Of a stretch of 64,000 bases of DNA, positions 62,542 to 64,000 are shown one piece after another. Source of the DNA: a virus (lineage: Duplodnaviria; Caudoviricetes); IMG/VR virus record IMGVR_UViG_3300032327_000792; one strand, written 5' to 3'. Positions within the stretch are counted from its first letter, which is position 1; each line of letters opens with the position of its first letter. The notes under the pieces were generated by a model. The model was not told the DNA's origin and did no database searches. It worked only from the letters and a program-made list of their open reading frames with translations. Position numbers and translations under genes: made by a program.

Positions 62542-62601
62542 TACTTTTTACTTATTGTCCTGGGCAATCATAAGTAATAAAATAACCAAAGAAAACAAAT
62601 T

Positions 62602-64000
62602 ATGCGCGAACTAATCAATCTAATCAACCATCTTGAAGAAGCACGTGGTTTGAGTGCCCGTAAACCCGGGGAAGTATACAGTCGCGGTGACGCTGATGAT
62701 GACAAAATTACGTTTCAAAACTTGACATTCTATCCCAAAGTTGGCAGTTTTACCAGCACAGCAGAAATGATCACTGCATTTGATGCTGTGCAAAAAAAAG
62801 CCGGGCATCCGATTGAAATGATCAATCAACCTGGACGGAATCTTGCATTTGCTGTGGCAGAGTTTGACACCGCAGTAGGACGTAGATATCTAGTTAAGTT
62901 TGCTCAGCGGATCAATCCTGTGCGTGAAAAAAATACATTTTTTCAAACTGACGACATTCCCGGCAACTTCAGTCAAACAGACGCTCGCGGATCAAAAGAA
63001 AAAGCCGGATACAAGCCCAGTGATGTACTAACAGAATTCAAAAGTCAAACTCCTGAATCAATCTTGAGTCAAATTGAAGCTAAGTTTGGTGCAGAATCAG
63101 CAGAATATCAAGCTGCTGTTATTATCACTTCAGCCCGATCGTTTCCTGTATCAGTGCCAGCTGGCAATATGGACTTTGCTGGGTTTAGAGATTACTTCTG
63201 TGAAATGCTACAACCTATTGTGTTGATCAATGGCCAGCCTGTCAAGGGAAATGCTGCTCAAGCGGCTGCAGTGTTTATGGGCAAAAATGGATTCTCTGGC
63301 AGTGTTGTGAGTTTCAATCAAAGCGTGTCTGGTGGGCTCTATGATTCATTGTTGGTCAGCCCTCAAGGCAAACAGATCAAGTTGAGTTCCAAAGGCGCCA
63401 AAGGTGCCATGGCATCCAGTGTAAATTTATTGACCAGTGTGCGTGAACTAGAAGCAGCCGGTATGACTCAATTTCGTGAGCAATACAAAGACGTCATTGA
63501 TATTTTAGAAACCATTGACAAAGGCAACCATGACTCGGGTCCGCTGGAGTTAGCTGTCCAACTTGACATGATTTCACCCGCAGAAGCACAACAAGTTATG
63601 ACCCTAAAAGAGTACGCAGGGGTGCGAGGCTTTGACATTGACCAAACCAACTTATCCAAGAATCTCAAACAGATATACCGAGATCGCACAGCTGAAAATC
63701 CAGAAAAAGTTATTCCACTGAATCACTTGGTATCAAGTATTGCCTACAAAGTGGTAAACCAAATCAACACCAAAACCAATTTTTCAGAAGCAGCTGCCGA
63801 CATTCTCAATAACTCAGCCTTTGTTCAAATGTACACCGATGCCAAAAAAGGCAAAGATGAATTCATTGTTCAGGGCTTTACCACAGTATGGCCCAGCAAG
63901 TTGTTTACCAATGTGACACTGGAAGCCAGTAAAAGTTATAGTTCCACTGCCAGCTCTGGTGGTAAACTGGTATTCAATATCAACAAAGAACCCAAAAATG
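62602..64000 (+). CDS. Large hypothetical protein, 5' part (runs off the window); leader-bearing, possible nuclease-like domain
   Basis: ATG at 62602 (MRELINLINHLEEARGL...), in frame at the window end (GKLVFNINKEPKN); TAAGTA at 62571-62576. Confidence 0.7.
   Translation, partial: MRELINLINHLEEARGLSARKPGEVYSRGDADDDKITFQNLTFYPKVGSFTSTAEMITAFDAVQKKAGHPIEMINQPGRNLAFAVAEFDTAVGRRYLVKFAQRINPVREKNTFFQTDDIPGNFSQTDARGSKEKAGYKPSDVLTEFKSQTPESILSQIEAKFGAESAEYQAAVIITSARSFPVSVPAGNMDFAGFRDYFCEMLQPIVLINGQPVKGNAAQAAAVFMGKNGFSGSVVSFNQSVSGGLYDSLLVSPQGKQIKLSSKGAKGAMASSVNLLTSVRELEAAGMTQFREQYKDVIDILETIDKGNHDSGPLELAVQLDMISPAEAQQVMTLKEYAGVRGFDIDQTNLSKNLKQIYRDRTAENPEKVIPLNHLVSSIAYKVVNQINTKTNFSEAAADILNNSAFVQMYTDAKKGKDEFIVQGFTTVWPSKLFTNVTLEASKSYSSTASSGGKLVFNINKEPKN

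Noticed and set aside
579-63689. Many short opposite-strand or nested ORFs in the track (e.g. 579..941+, 10073..10645+, 20703..21131+, 55720..56247-)
   Set aside because: They are antisense shadows of well-supported genes, with no RBS, motifs or operon logic.
1-64000. CRISPR array, tRNA, rRNA or tmRNA
   Set aside because: I saw no regularly spaced direct repeats, no cloverleaf with T-loop GTTCGA and CCA end, and no tmRNA ends by eye; tRNAscan-SE and ARAGORN would confirm.
1-64000. Stop-codon reassignment (alternative genetic code)
   Set aside because: Known proteins (ClpA, ClpP, PhoH, IF-1) are full length in the standard code, and TAA, TGA and TAG all occur as stops.

Overview
This window is 64 kb of a large dsDNA tailed phage genome (jumbo/T4-like myovirus style), densely coded and mostly on the minus strand. 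The host-like genes suggest a proteobacterial host (inference). Layout: (1) ~0.3-17.7 kb, a late-expressed block of modular proteins (deaminase, GNATs, kinase-like, nucleotidyltransferase, HExxH peptidase, amidoligase, Dps). Nearly all start with a short M-[RK/I]-x-x-[ED]-[ILF]-x-x?-E leader resembling the T4 internal-protein capsid-targeting sequence and have Glu-rich domain junctions. (2) ~19-25 kb, ClpA, DnaJ and a lysis cassette (GH19 endolysin, spanin-like protein, 3TM holin). (3) ~25-34 kb, metabolic and replication genes (APS-kinase/NTP-transferase fusion, PhoH, HAD, radical SAM, clamp loader, GroES, a stand-alone DnaE fragment). (4) ~34-38.4 kb, baseplate/tail proteins. (5) ~38.4-43.4 kb, host-like auxiliary genes (SOD, IF-1, ferredoxin, SleB hydrolase, Hc1-like, entericidin-like). 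(6) ~43.4-59 kb, small early genes behind repeated sigma70 consensus promoters, interrupted by an oppositely oriented tail-fibre cassette. (7) Radical SAM, ClpP, a GT-like gene and a truncated leader-bearing ORF. I recognised no tRNA, rRNA or CRISPR array. The best candidate for an undescribed system is the leader-tagged, putatively capsid-packaged polyprotein effector cargo. Other leads are the split DnaE, two structured intergenic RNA candidates and a TAAGTCATTGATT inverted repeat upstream of early promoters. All family calls come from motif recognition by eye, not from database searches.
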